Source: Eledone cirrhosa
Lineage: Eukaryota
Length of the DNA: 64,000 nucleotides
Direction: 5' to 3'
Assembly (NCBI GenBank): GCA_964016885.1
Contig: CAXHJY010000743.1
Location: 17,400 to 81,399 of the forward strand
In this document: one piece after another, positions 1 through 17,277 of the stretch
Layout of the letters: each line of letters opens with the position of its first letter
Numbering within the stretch: position 1 is the stretch's first letter
Notes under the pieces: generated by a model
Told to the model about the DNA's origin: nothing
The model's input: the letters and a program-made list of their open reading frames with translations, nothing else
Databases searched by the model: none
Position numbers and translations under genes: made by a program

Positions 1-8
1 TTCCTTTA

Positions 9-4946
<4,938 letters not shown>

Positions 4947-5170
4947 AGTGAAGGCGTGTGGCTGAGTGGTTAGAGAATTGGATTCGCAATCGTAAGGTTG
5001 TGAGTTCGATTCCTGGACCAGGTGATGCGTTATGTCCTTGAGCAAGACACTTTATTTCACGTTGCTCCTTCTACCTGGAGTTGCGACCGATAGATAGTAT
5101 TAGCTATTGGAAAGACCAACAAAAGCATTGTTCCCTCGGTCCGATTTGACGAAGGTCGATCGTTCCTTTA
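4947..5170 (+). mobile_element. tRNA-derived SINE embedded in the microsatellite
   Basis: A box TGGCTGAGTGG, B box GAGTTCGATTCC, then GTCCTTGAGCAAGACACTT core. Related copies at ~14779 and ~56261. Confidence 0.85.
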
Positions 5171-5850
5171 TATATATGTATATATATATATGTATGTATA
5201 TATATATATATGTATGTATATATATATATGTATATGTATGTATGTATATATATGTATATGTATGTATGTATATATATATATGTATGTATATATATATGTA
5301 TGTATGTATATATATATATGTATATGTATGTATGTATATATATGTATGTATGTATATATATGTATGTATATGTATATATATATGTATGTATATATGTATG
5401 TATGTATATATATGTATGTATGTATATATATGTATGTATATGTATATATATATGTATGTATATATGTATATATATATGTATGTATATATGTATGTATATA
5501 TGTATGTATATGTATATATATATATATGTATGTATGGATGTATATATGTATGTATGGATATATATATATATGTATGTATATATATATATGTAAATATATA
5601 TATGTATGTATATATATATATGTATATATATATATGTATGTATATATATATATATGTATGTATATATATATGTATGTATGTATATATATATATATGTATG
5701 TATATATATATATGTATGTATATATATATATATGTATGTATATATATATATATGTATGTATATATATATATATATATATGTATGTATATGTATATATTTG
5801 TATGTATATGTATATATATATATATGTATGTATATGTATATATATGTATG

Positions 5851-5898
<48 letters not shown>

Positions 5899-6294
5899 TA
5901 TGTATATATATGTATGTATATATATATATGTATGTATATGTATGTATATATATGTACGTATATGTATATATATATATGTATGTATATGTATATATATATA
6001 TGTATGTATATGTATATATATATATGTATGTATATGTATATATATATATGTATGTATATGTATATATATATATATATGTATGTATATGTATATATATATA
6101 TATATGTATGTATATGTATATATATATATATGTATGTATATGTATATATATATATGTATGTATATGTATATATATATATGTATGTATATGTATATATATA
6201 TATATGTATGTATATGTATATATATATATATGTATGTATATGTATATATATATATATGTATGTATATATATATATGTGTATGTATGTATGTATG

Positions 6295-6325
<31 letters not shown>

Positions 6326-6724
6326 ATATATATATATATATGTATGTATATGTATATATATATGTGTATGTATGTATATGTATATATATATGTGTATGTA
6401 TATATATATATATATGTATGTATATATATATATGTATATATATGTATGTATATGTATATATATGTATGTATATGTATATATATATATATGTATATGTATG
6501 TATATGTATATATATATATATGTATATATATGTATGTATATGTATATGTATGTATATGTATATATATGTATGTATATGTATATATATATATATGTATATA
6601 TATGTATGTATATGTATATATATATATATGTATATATATGTATGTATGTATATATATATATATGTATGTACATATATGTATGTATGTATATATATATATA
6701 TGTATGTACATATATGTATGTATG

Positions 6725-6779
<55 letters not shown>

Positions 6780-6780
6780 G

Positions 6781-6839
<59 letters not shown>

Positions 6840-7151
6840 GTATATATATATATATATATTTATATGTATGTATATATATATGTATGTATATATATATATG
6901 TATGTATATGTATGTATATATATATATATGTATATGTATGTATATATATATATATATGTATATGTATGTATATATATATATGTATGTATATGTATATGTA
7001 TGTATATATATATATGTATGTATGTATATATGTATATGTATGTATATATATATGTATGTATATATATATGTATGTATATATATATGTATGTATGTATATA
7101 TATATATATGTATATATATATGTATGTATATATATATGTATGTATGTATGT

Positions 7152-7217
<66 letters not shown>

Positions 7218-7265
7218 GTATATATATGTATGTATGTATATGTATATATATGTATGTATATGTAT

Positions 7266-7306
<41 letters not shown>

Positions 7307-7312
7307 TGTATG

Positions 7313-7346
<34 letters not shown>

Positions 7347-7382
7347 TGTATGTATATGTATGTATATGTATATATATATATG

Positions 7383-7434
<52 letters not shown>

Positions 7435-7702
7435 TGTATGTATGTATATGTATATATATATATGTATGTATATATATATATGTATGTATATGTATATATA
7501 TATGTATGTATATGTATATATATGTATGTATATGTATATTTACATGTATATGTATGTATATGTATATATATATATGTATGTATATGCATATTTACATGTA
7601 TATGTATATATATGTATATGTATATATATGTATGTATATATATATGTATGTATAGATATATATGTATGTATATTTATATATATGTATACGTATATATGTA
7701 TG

Positions 7703-7765
<63 letters not shown>

Positions 7766-7812
7766 ATATCTATATATATATGTATGTATATATATATATA
7801 TATATATGTATG

Positions 7813-7845
<33 letters not shown>

Positions 7846-8502
7846 ATATATGTATATGTATATATGTATGTATATATATATATATATATATGTATGTATA
7901 TATATGTATATGTATATATATGTATATGTATATATGTATGTATATATATGTATATATGTATGTATATATGTATGTATATATATGTATATATGTATGTATA
8001 TATATGTATATATATGTATATGTATATATATATATATGTATGTATATGTATGTATATATATATATATGTATGTATGTATATGTATGTATATGTATGTATA
8101 TATATGTATATGTATATATATATATATGTATGTATATGTATGTATATATATATATATGTATGTATGTATATGTATGTATATGTATGTATATATATATATT
8201 TATGTATGTATATATATATATATATATGTCATCATCAACATCGTTTAACGTCCATCTTGCATGGGTTGTATCTATATGTGTGTATATGTATCTATATGCG
8301 TGTATATATATATGTATCTATATGTGTATATATATATATGTATGTAGTTATATGTGTATATATATGTATTTATGTGTATATGTGTGTCTATATATATGTG
8401 TGTATGTATGTATATGTGTGTATATATATATATATGTATCTATGTGTGTGTATATATATATATATGTATCTATGTGTGTGTATATATATATATATGTATC
8501 TA

Positions 8503-8542
<40 letters not shown>

Positions 8543-8569
8543 GTATGTATGTATGTATATGTGTATATA
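5171..8569. repeat. Compound (TA)n/(TATG)n microsatellite, block 2
   Basis: Same composition as block 1. Contains a ~40 bp RTE 3'-tail remnant (catcatcaacatcgtttaacgtcc, ~8230) and 30-bp tandem units at ~8430-8520. Confidence 0.98.
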
Positions 8570-9829
8570 CAGGGTGCGGACGATATTTGTTCACGAGATT
8601 AATGTCTAGGAAAAAATAACACAGTAGTTTTATTTTTTAAGATATATTCATCAAACTTGGGTCAGTTTCTCTTCATGACTTGTTCTTTCGATCTCACTCG
8701 ATAAACCCGCCATTTGCTTTGATGACTGCCTCAAGGCAGACTCGGAACCAGCTACAAGCCTTCGTCACTGTCCCCCGACTTAGGCCCCTAAAGGCATTTG
8801 AGATCCTGGCCTTCAGATCGTCTTTCCTATTGCAGCTAGATCTGTGGTGTCTTGTTCCACTGCACCCCACACAAAGACGTCGAGGGGGCTGCAGTCAGGC
8901 GAGCTGGAAGGCCAGATGTCGGGTGAAGTGTGGTCAACGAAGTTCTCTGACAGCCAAGCTTGGGTCTTTCGGTTGGTATGGCAGGGCGCTGAGTCTTGCT
9001 GCCATGCGTACGGCCTACCTGCAGCTACCTGGTTGATCCAGGGCTTTACTACCTCGCTCAGAACGCGGATGTAGCCATCGGTGTTCAGCTTGAGGCTCTC
9101 AGGGAAGAAGTAAGGTGGCATGACGTCACCTTGACTGCTGACGACACCTAAGACCAATGTTGTCGCTGGAAACTTTGTCTGCATGACTCTGGGCACATCT
9201 TTGGATGAGACACCGAGCCACCTGTTGTTCTGGTTGTTGATCTTCTGGTCTTGGCAGAAGTTTTTCTCGTCGGAGAAAAACCACAGCATGTCTGGCTCCA
9301 GTGTGTGTTTCAACTTGTTGATCAGCTTCTTTGCGTGCTTCAGTCGCTTTTCTTGCATCGCCTTTGACAGAAATTGTCCTTTCCTCATCTTGTATGAAAC
9401 GTAGCGAATGTCTTGCAATGGCACGCATCGACTTGCTAGGTTCATTGTTGATGATATCCAGAACTTCAGCGATGAACTCTGGGCTTTCTGAAGGCGTCAG
9501 ATCGTCGATCATGTGTTTTCCTCTCTGATGTTGCTTCATAGTCATATCCCGAATCTTCCAATTCCTTTCTGACCTTTTCCACCATTCTCCTGCTGACGCT
9601 GAGAAAGTCTGAAATTTCCTTATTTGTCCTCCCGGCGCGGATTCCTAGAAGAACTCTGTGTCTCTTCCACAAATTTCGAGGTTCAAAATGATTTATAATC
9701 AATTATTCTGAAAATAAATAATGGAAATATAGTCACTGTTTTTATGAAGACAAGAGTGACAACGGAAGTAAAGAAAATTTGCATCAAATTAGCAGTTGAA
9801 AATTGCGAACAAATATCGTCCACACCCTG
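8570..9829 (-). mobile_element. Tc1/mariner superfamily DNA transposon, DD37D (maT) type, frameshifted transposase
   Basis: TIRs CAGGGTGCGGACGATATTTGTTC and GAACAAATATCGTCCACACCCTG, with TA on both flanks. ORF 8813-9445 has WFFSDEKNF and QQDSAPCH...SPDCSPLD with 37 residues between the last two Asp. HTH-like N-terminus lies in other frames (9466-9702). Confidence 0.95.
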
Positions 9830-9855
9830 TATGTATATATATATATCTATATGTG

Positions 9856-9888
<33 letters not shown>

Positions 9889-9924
9889 GTATGTATATGT
9901 GTATATATATATGTATATATATTA

Positions 9925-10533
9925 TGTCAGGTCACCAGTTGGTGCTACTGGTAACATGTATCCCAGTACAACCTGTCTCATGGTCGGGTCGTTGGCGACT
10001 AAACTGGCAACCCCACCAAGGTTTCTTGGTGAGGAGGGTGACTTTGGACATCCTGCAGGACTAAAAACAAAACCTGTCAAAGGGAAAAGGAGCTCTTAAG
10101 AGTCAATGGCCATCCAAAATCACCGGGAGAGATGACCCCTTAGCCTTTGTCAAGGCAGAATTATAGGAGAAGGAAAACTCTGATATAACACCTGCAACCC
10201 TGATGGTATCCAATGATGTTGACTTGTTCTTCTTTTTGGTAAATATCATCTTGGTTAAGAGAGTGGGACTGGCTTTGTGCAGTGCTTTGCTCACAATAAA
10301 AGCTTCACGGCACAGGCATTGCTTTATATCTGGAGATCTCTCTGCACTTGTCCTCACATGGTACCATGGGCCCAGCACTATGTGTCAATAATTGTCACAA
10401 GTGTAGTGTTTGTACCAGAGTTTTCAAGTCGCTGGCTGGACTAAAAAGTCACACTCGTTCAGCGCTTCGGTAGGGGTTCTCCTACATGGATATAAAGTAG
10501 TGGCCGTACTCGAAAACGAGTTGGCAGCCACCA
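9925..10533. mobile_element. Unclassified ~610 bp insertion in TA microsatellite (TG...CA ends; possible solo LTR or retroelement UTR)
   Basis: Complex-sequence island flanked on both sides by TA/TATG repeat. No recognisable protein motif. Confidence 0.4.
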
Positions 10534-10678
10534 TATATATATGTATGTATATGTGTATATATATATGTATGTATGTATATATGTATATGTATGTATATGT
10601 ACATGTATGTATGTGTATGTATATGTGTATTTATATGTATGTATGTATGTATATGTATGTATGTATGTATGTATATGT

Positions 10679-11812
10679 ATCATCATCATCATCATCATCG
10701 TTTAACGTCCGTGTTCCACGCTTGCATGGGTTTGGACGGAGGGTTTTCCCACTTGAGGCAAGAGTGGTTATCTTGCTCGCATAGGACTATCTGGCGGGTT
10801 TTCTACAGCTGGATGCCCTTCCTAACACCAACCACATTTACAGTGTGGGGCTGGGAGGTTTTTACCGTGTTGCCTACACGGCCACATTACAGCGTGAACT
10901 GTGTGTTTTTTTGACGTGACACCTACACGATCTCATTTGTTTCGGCCTGGATGTTGTGGCACCAACATAACTTTACATTGAAAGGGGCGGTGTGGATGGG
11001 GGGGTAATTTTGTTAGAGATGCCTACTGACTGTAGTAGGTTTTACTTTGTATTTAGGTAAGGCGGGTCTTCTCTATTACTGAGTACCGCCAAAGGTCTCG
11101 GTTCAGTGACATTGTCTTGGTGAGGTGTAAGTGTGTGAGGTCGGAATTTATCAGCTCGTCCCAGGTTTTTCTGGGTCTGCCTATTCCTTGGCTACCATCT
11201 ATCTTTATTGCCCTGCACTTTGTTATACAGCTATCGTCCTTCATGCGCATCACGTGACCATACCAACGTAGCCTTCTCTCGAGTAAATAACATCTGATCC
11301 CTCTTATTTCTAGTTTTTTCCTTAGTTCGTTTATGCTTTGCCGTTCACGTATATTACTATTACACATCCAGCGGAGCATGCAAGCTTCGTTTCTCTCTCG
11401 TCTGCATATATCCTCTGCACACAATGCCCAGGTCTCACTGCCATGCAACATTGCTGTTCGAATGCAGGCATCGTACAGCCTGCCTTTCATGTTTAGGGAG
11501 AACCCTTTAGCGGTTAATAGTGGTATAAGCTCTCTGAACTTTTTCCACCCAGTTCTGACTCTAGCTACTGTACTTTTAGAGCACCCTCCCCCACTGCTGA
11601 TTTTGTCACCCAGGTAACGGAAGCTGTCCACTATTTCTATAGAACCCTCTGCGCAGTTGAAAGAGCTAGTATTTTTTGGGCACTTGCTGCTACTTATTGC
11701 CCCAGAACACCGGCCATATGTAAAATCTATGTTCTTAGTTAGCTTACCTGTGATCCCACTACATCTTTTATGCACCCAAACTTTGCATTTGGGACACAAA
11801 ATGGAGTTTCTT
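10679..11812 (-). mobile_element. RTE-clade LINE, 5'-truncated
   Basis: ORF 11053-11799 with FRYLG, MLHGSETW, RRLRWYGHVMRM and GRPRKTW motifs. (GAT)n tail at 10679-10699. Confidence 0.95.
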
Positions 11813-11866
<54 letters not shown>

Positions 11867-11886
11867 TGTATGTATATGTGTGTGTG

Positions 11887-11922
<36 letters not shown>

Positions 11923-11935
11923 GTATGAATATGTA
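11813..11935. repeat. (TA)n/(TG)n microsatellite
   Basis: Simple repeat continuing the host satellite. Confidence 0.9.
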
Positions 11936-12633
11936 TGGTTTTAGGAAAGGCATTCAGCCATAGAAATCATGCCAAAATCTGCATGTGGGCAAGCTGTGAT
12001 GCCTCAACCCATTAGTAAGAGGACAGTCACTGCAATTACAGTTAAGTACTGATTTGGTCTGTGATGACCCATCCAACCCATGCCAACATGGAAAAATGGA
12101 TGCCAAATGTTGATGTATGTATGTCATTTTATGTACCATTGTAATGAACATTGGCATGGCTGGCAGGTTAAGCATTTCTCTTCATGATCAAGAGATTCTT
12201 AGTTTAATTTCAATGCATGGTATCCTGAACAAGTGACTTTTACTACAGCTTTAGGTTGACTAAAGCCTTATAAATGAAATTGGGGAAACTCAGCAGATAG
12301 ATTCTCCCTGTAATTGAAAGGTTTAGCCTGATAATTATGTTAAAGATATGTGTGTGTTTGTTTTCTACCAAAGCCTTATTGGTAGAATTTTGTAGATAGA
12401 GATGGTGTAGAAGCCCTAGTGTGTGTGTTTGTGCATACCAGTATAAATACCTTAAGGTTTTACATCACTAAGGAAGGCAACTCATCAGTGAACTCAATCA
12501 TTCAATAAATAGAATTTTGATATAATTGATTGAAACTCTTGAAGGGTGGCTCCCATCATGATTTATTCAATGACCGAAACCATTAAAAGAGTATAAAATT
12601 GTTTTTTGTTTGGTTTTTTTTTCTTTCATTTAG

Positions 12634-12691
12634 ACCAGAAAATTGGCTTGATGTGTTTTATGTCATGCCTACAGTCTGTTTTTCATATCAG
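12634..12691 (+). CDS. SLC38A7: SLC38A7-like amino acid transporter, internal exon (RPENWLDVFYVMPTVCFSYQ)
   Basis: tttag|A...CAG|gtgag. 58 nt, ends in phase 0 and joins CHVS of the next exon. Matches the recalled SLC38A7 PTICFGFQCH motif. Confidence 0.9.
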
Positions 12692-13584
12692 GTGAGTTCT
12701 ATTTATTTTTATTGTAGTGCACTCATTAGTATTTTCTTGTTATATAATACATCCCCCTACCCCTTTCCAGTCTGAGGATGTACCTGTCAATATCTGTGTG
12801 CTACTTCCAACTTTTCCCCACACCAGTCTCAGTAACCTTGCAGAGGTCATGTATGTTGCTTATTTTCCTCTGGCCAAAAAATGTATGCATACTTCAACAG
12901 CATTCTAATAAATATTGCATGTACAGGTAATCAAAATGTGTATAAATTTTTGTGGACACCCTATATATAATTTATGTAAATTTATTTCATGTTAGAATTT
13001 TTTTTTTAAAGATACACTTGCTACATAATTGACTATTAGTTCCTAAGAGGAATTCAGAGATTTTTTTCTGTCAGAATATTGAAAACACTTTATCTTTCTT
13101 CATTTCCATTCCATACTTTAGTATACATTGGGCTGTCTTTGAATGGCTCCAGTAGTTTGTCAGTTTTTCTATGAGAAGAGGTTACTAGCCCCTTACTCAA
13201 TTCTTTGGCATTTCTAGAGAAAAGGGTACTGTGAACTGTCTCTTGTAACCATTCTCATGGTACAGTTGCAACTGATTCTGAGAGAGACAGTGATGAGAAA
13301 GAGATGTTGTGAACAGTCAGAGAGAAAAAGTGCAAGAAAACACAGAGAAAACACTTAGTTCTATTATAGATATGCAAACATTAGTATTGCTGAAGTCAAT
13401 AGTAGTGAAAACTGAAATTGAAGAGGAAGAAATCTATATTAACGAATGGAAGAATCAGTGCCATGTTATAAATATAACAAGTATTCAAAATTCACTTAAA
13501 AATAAGGTGGAAATAGTTTGTTTTTTTTTTAATATAATTTTCTCTGCAATGTTTCCTATTACTGTTATAAAATCACATCATTAA

Positions 13585-13793
13585 CCCTTTAGCATTTAAA
13601 CCGGCCATATTTCTATCGCCTCTTTCTGTTCAAACCGGCCATAACTGGCCATTCATACTGATGTTAAGGTATTGTTCTCAAAATAAATAACATCAAAATC
13701 TCATAGATTCGATATTATGAAATAATTATGTGAGGTAAAGCCTTTACCATGAAAATATAATAGTAAATATAGAGTAATATAAATCCTAAAGGG
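13585..13793. mobile_element. piggyBac-type MITE
   Basis: TTAA-CCCTTTAG...CTAAAGGG-TTAA. A second, interrupted copy in opposite orientation spans ~17015-19597. Confidence 0.85.
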
Positions 13794-13859
13794 TTAACAT
13801 GTAAAAATTGTTCAAAAGAGGAGGATGGGTAAACTTAGAACAGATTCTTTTGAATGAAA

Positions 13860-14668
13860 TGCATACGAACAGCTGCCTGCATACGAACAACAATGTTGCA
13901 TGGCAGTGAGACCTGGGCATTGTGTGCAGAGGATATACGCAGACTAGAGAGGAACGAAGCTTGCATGCTCCGCTGGATGTGTAATAGTAATATACGTGAA
14001 TGGCAAAGCATAAACGAACTAAGGAAAAAATTAGAAATAAGAGGGATCAGATGTTGTTTACTCGAGAGAAGGCTACGTTGGTATGGTCACATGATGCGCA
14101 TGAAAGACGACAGCTGTATAACAAAGTGCAGGGCAATAAAGATAGACGGTAGCCACGGAGTAGGCAGACCCAGAAAAACCTGGGACGAGCTGATAAATTC
14201 CGACCTCACACACTTACACCTCTCCAAGACAATGTCACTGGACTGAGACCTTTGGCGGTACTCAGTAATAGAGAAGACCCGCCTTACCTAAATACAAAGT
14301 AAAACCTACTACAGTCAGTAGGCATCTCTAACAAAATACACCCCTGTCCCACCACCCCCACCCCATCCACACCGTAAATGTAAAGTTATGTTGGTGCCAC
14401 AACATCCAGGCCAAAACAAATGAGATCGTGTAGGTGTCACGACAAAAATCACACAGTCCACGCTGTAATGTGGCCGTGTAGGCAACACGGTAAAAACCTC
14501 CCAGCCCCACACTGTAAATGTGGTTGGTGTTAGGAAGGGCATCCAGCTGTAGAAAACCCGCCAGACAGTCCTATGCGAGCAAGACAACCACTCTTGCCTC
14601 AAGTGGGAAAACTCCCGTCCAAACCCATGCAAGCGTGGAACATGGACGTTAAACAATGATAATGATGA
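13860..14668 (+). mobile_element. RTE LINE 3' fragment, near-identical inverted partner of 10679-11470
   Basis: MLHGSETW...GRPRKTW ORF 13854-14246, same 3' UTR and GAT tail. Confidence 0.95.
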
Positions 14669-14778
14669 AATCACATGGTTAATTTCTAGATATTGATCGG
14701 AGTGAATTTTTAGTAAAGTGTTAGATTTTGATTTCTTGTTTATTTTGGAGACTTTTTTTTTATTTTGTTTTATTTATG

Positions 14779-15050
14779 ATGGCACATGACCTAGTGGTTA
14801 GGGTGTTGCACTTATGATCATCATGTTGTGGGTTCAATTCCCAGACCGAATGACACTTCGTGTCTTTGAACAAGGTACATCATTTCACATTGTTCGAGTT
14901 TACTCAACTGAAAATCAGTACCAGTAACAGCTGAGGGTTAGCCTTGCAACAGACAGGTATCCTCTTTCAGTAACTTAACACCTAAAAACTGAGATAAGCT
15001 CTGGGCTTTGGCCCAGCCTGTGCAAGCATGAAATAGTAGACATAAAACAA
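14779..15050 (+). mobile_element. tRNA-derived SINE (degenerate)
   Basis: TAGTGGTTAG A box, GGTTCAATTCCC B box, same body as 4947 and 56261. Confidence 0.7.
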
Positions 15051-15484
15051 TAGCTCTCTTATTTGTTTTTTTAATTACATTTTACTAATAATTTTATATT
15101 GTATAAAAAAAATTGTATATTCTCAAGCAAACAGAATAATTTTCATAACATCTTGAAAAGAATTTATTCCATATATTTTTTTTAAATAATTATTGAATCA
15201 TTGGAAATCGTTTATCCATTAGAGGTGTTTATTAGTAAATTTCTTTAAAAACTGCTTCAGGCACAGGATACTAGACTCTCTAATTTGTCATTCAGGTTTA
15301 TAGTGTTACAAGGGGATATGTTGCTTGTGATTTTAAAAGAATTAGGTATAAGTTATATTATATTAAAAAATTACGATCTTTATTAACTACTCATTTCTGA
15401 TATTTTATAATAAATGTTTTTCTTTACATAACCAAAACTATAACATTTCTCACAGATATACCATAATTTTTTTCTTTCTTTCAG

Positions 15485-15747
15485 TGCCATGTTAGTATTA
15501 TACCTATCTACTCTTGTCTAAAACGGAGAACAATATGGGAATTTTCTAAGACGATTGCTGTGGCTATTGCCCTTTGTATAATTACTTACACAGTTATGGC
15601 AACATGTGGATACTTAACATTTGGTTCCAATATCAAAAGTGACATTCTCTTATCTTACAAAAACCCAGATGTATCGATTCTATTAGCTGTACTTTTAATT
15701 GGCTTCAAGACCTATACTTCCTACCCAATTTTACACTTTTGTGGCAG
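15485..15747 (+). CDS. SLC38A7: SLC38A7 exon (CHVSIIPIY...SYPILHFCGR)
   Basis: ttcag|TGC...GGCAG|gtttg. GYLTFG, DILLSY and TSYPILHFCGR motifs of SLC38A7/8. Ends in phase 2. Confidence 0.95.
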
Positions 15748-17031
15748 GTTTGTATGTTTATTTTTTTTAATTTAAATTATTTTAAATATTTTGCAATTTT
15801 ATTGTGACAAATTATATATAGGAAAGCAATTGGTAAACTCTAATATTAGTTATTTAGAGCATTCAATGTGTAAAATAAAAATGCAATGAAATTCCTTGCA
15901 GATCAACAGAAACTCAGAAATTTAAATGTGTTAAATATACAAGCAGTAAGAGTATTTAGCAAGTTTGTGAACAACTCAGACAGCCTGCTATATATAGTTG
16001 GTAGTTGCTTAGACCTGGTGTGTTCCAATTTAGTATACCTATGACCAAAGATATTCCACCTGTGTGTGCATCTAAGACTTCATTATTTAATGTCCTTTTT
16101 ATAAGATGCTAGCAGGTGAAGTGGCTACATAGTTTGTTTGTTGGCTCATGTAGTTGATAGTTTGTTACATTGGTGATCTAATTAGATTTGGAGGTTGTTA
16201 TTGTTAGTGTTACCATACTCAGTATGGGTATTGAATGTGGAAGATCTGGAGAGGCTGGGAGAGAAATAAGGTGAGCATGATCTGTTAGGTGCATAATGTT
16301 TACTTATATGAATGATTGATTAAATGATGTCTGGATTTTAAAGGTATCAGATGATGTATGGTAGGATAGATGACTATATTGCTACGCACATGTGATAGAA
16401 ATAGAAGCAGAGTACTGGAGGAAACGTTCTGTATACTCTCAGTGAAAAGTGATTAAGTAAAAATGCGAAGAAGGGGTTTGGTTTTGATCTCAGATTGCTG
16501 GGTTTCACGTCCAAGACCACGGAGAATTCAAATGAATATTAGTTTACTCTATATCTACTCTCCACTAGATTCTAATATATATTTTTTGTGCCTACCATTA
16601 TCATCATCATTCATCTATTTTTCCATATTGGCATGGATTGGACAGGTCATTACTGACCAAGTCAGCACTTAGAGTTACTGTACTAGTAGATGAGTAGGAG
16701 ATCACATCTTACATGTTTCAGTTTTAGTATGGTTTCTGCAACTGGATGCCCTTCCTAACACCAACTACTTTACACTGTACTGGATGCATTTTATAGTGGT
16801 GCCAGCACTAAAGAGTATCATATCCTTAATGTGACTGGAGAGTCTTCTGAACACATTTTGGCATTGTTTCTACAGCTGGATACTCTTCACTTTAAAGAGT
16901 ATACTGAGCGAAATTTTTCCTACTTCCATCCAACTTATGTCAAATTTATTTACAATTATTAATTTGACTTTATTAGTTTGAATGAGACAGTCTGCAGCTA
17001 TTAGCATCATGAAATCTTTACATTACTCTAT

Positions 17032-17207
17032 TGGCAGTATCGGTAGAGGGTCGGACGCTATGCTTTGACGCATAGAGTTACGGCCCTTGCCATTCTGAGT
17101 TCAAATCCCGCCGAGGTTAGCTTTGCCTTTCATCCTTACGGGGTCGATAAAATAAAGTACCAGTAATGCACTGGGTAATTGCTGGCCTTGTGCCAATAGT
17201 AGAAACA
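17032..17207 (+). mobile_element. SINE with GCCTTTCATCC...GTCGATAAAATAAAGTACC core (MetaSINE-like), 10-bp TSD
   Basis: B box GAGTTCAAATCC. TSD ATTACTCTAT at 17022 and 17208. Family copies at ~55364, 61192-61870 and 62813. Confidence 0.85.
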
Positions 17208-17277
17208 ATTACTCTATATTTACTATTATATTTTTTTGTGGTAAAGGCTTTACCTTACATAATATCAAATCTATAAG

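Noticed and set aside
4950-5022. Possible tRNA gene
   Set aside because: A and B boxes are present, but the acceptor stem does not pair and the sequence runs into a SINE core found elsewhere in the window.
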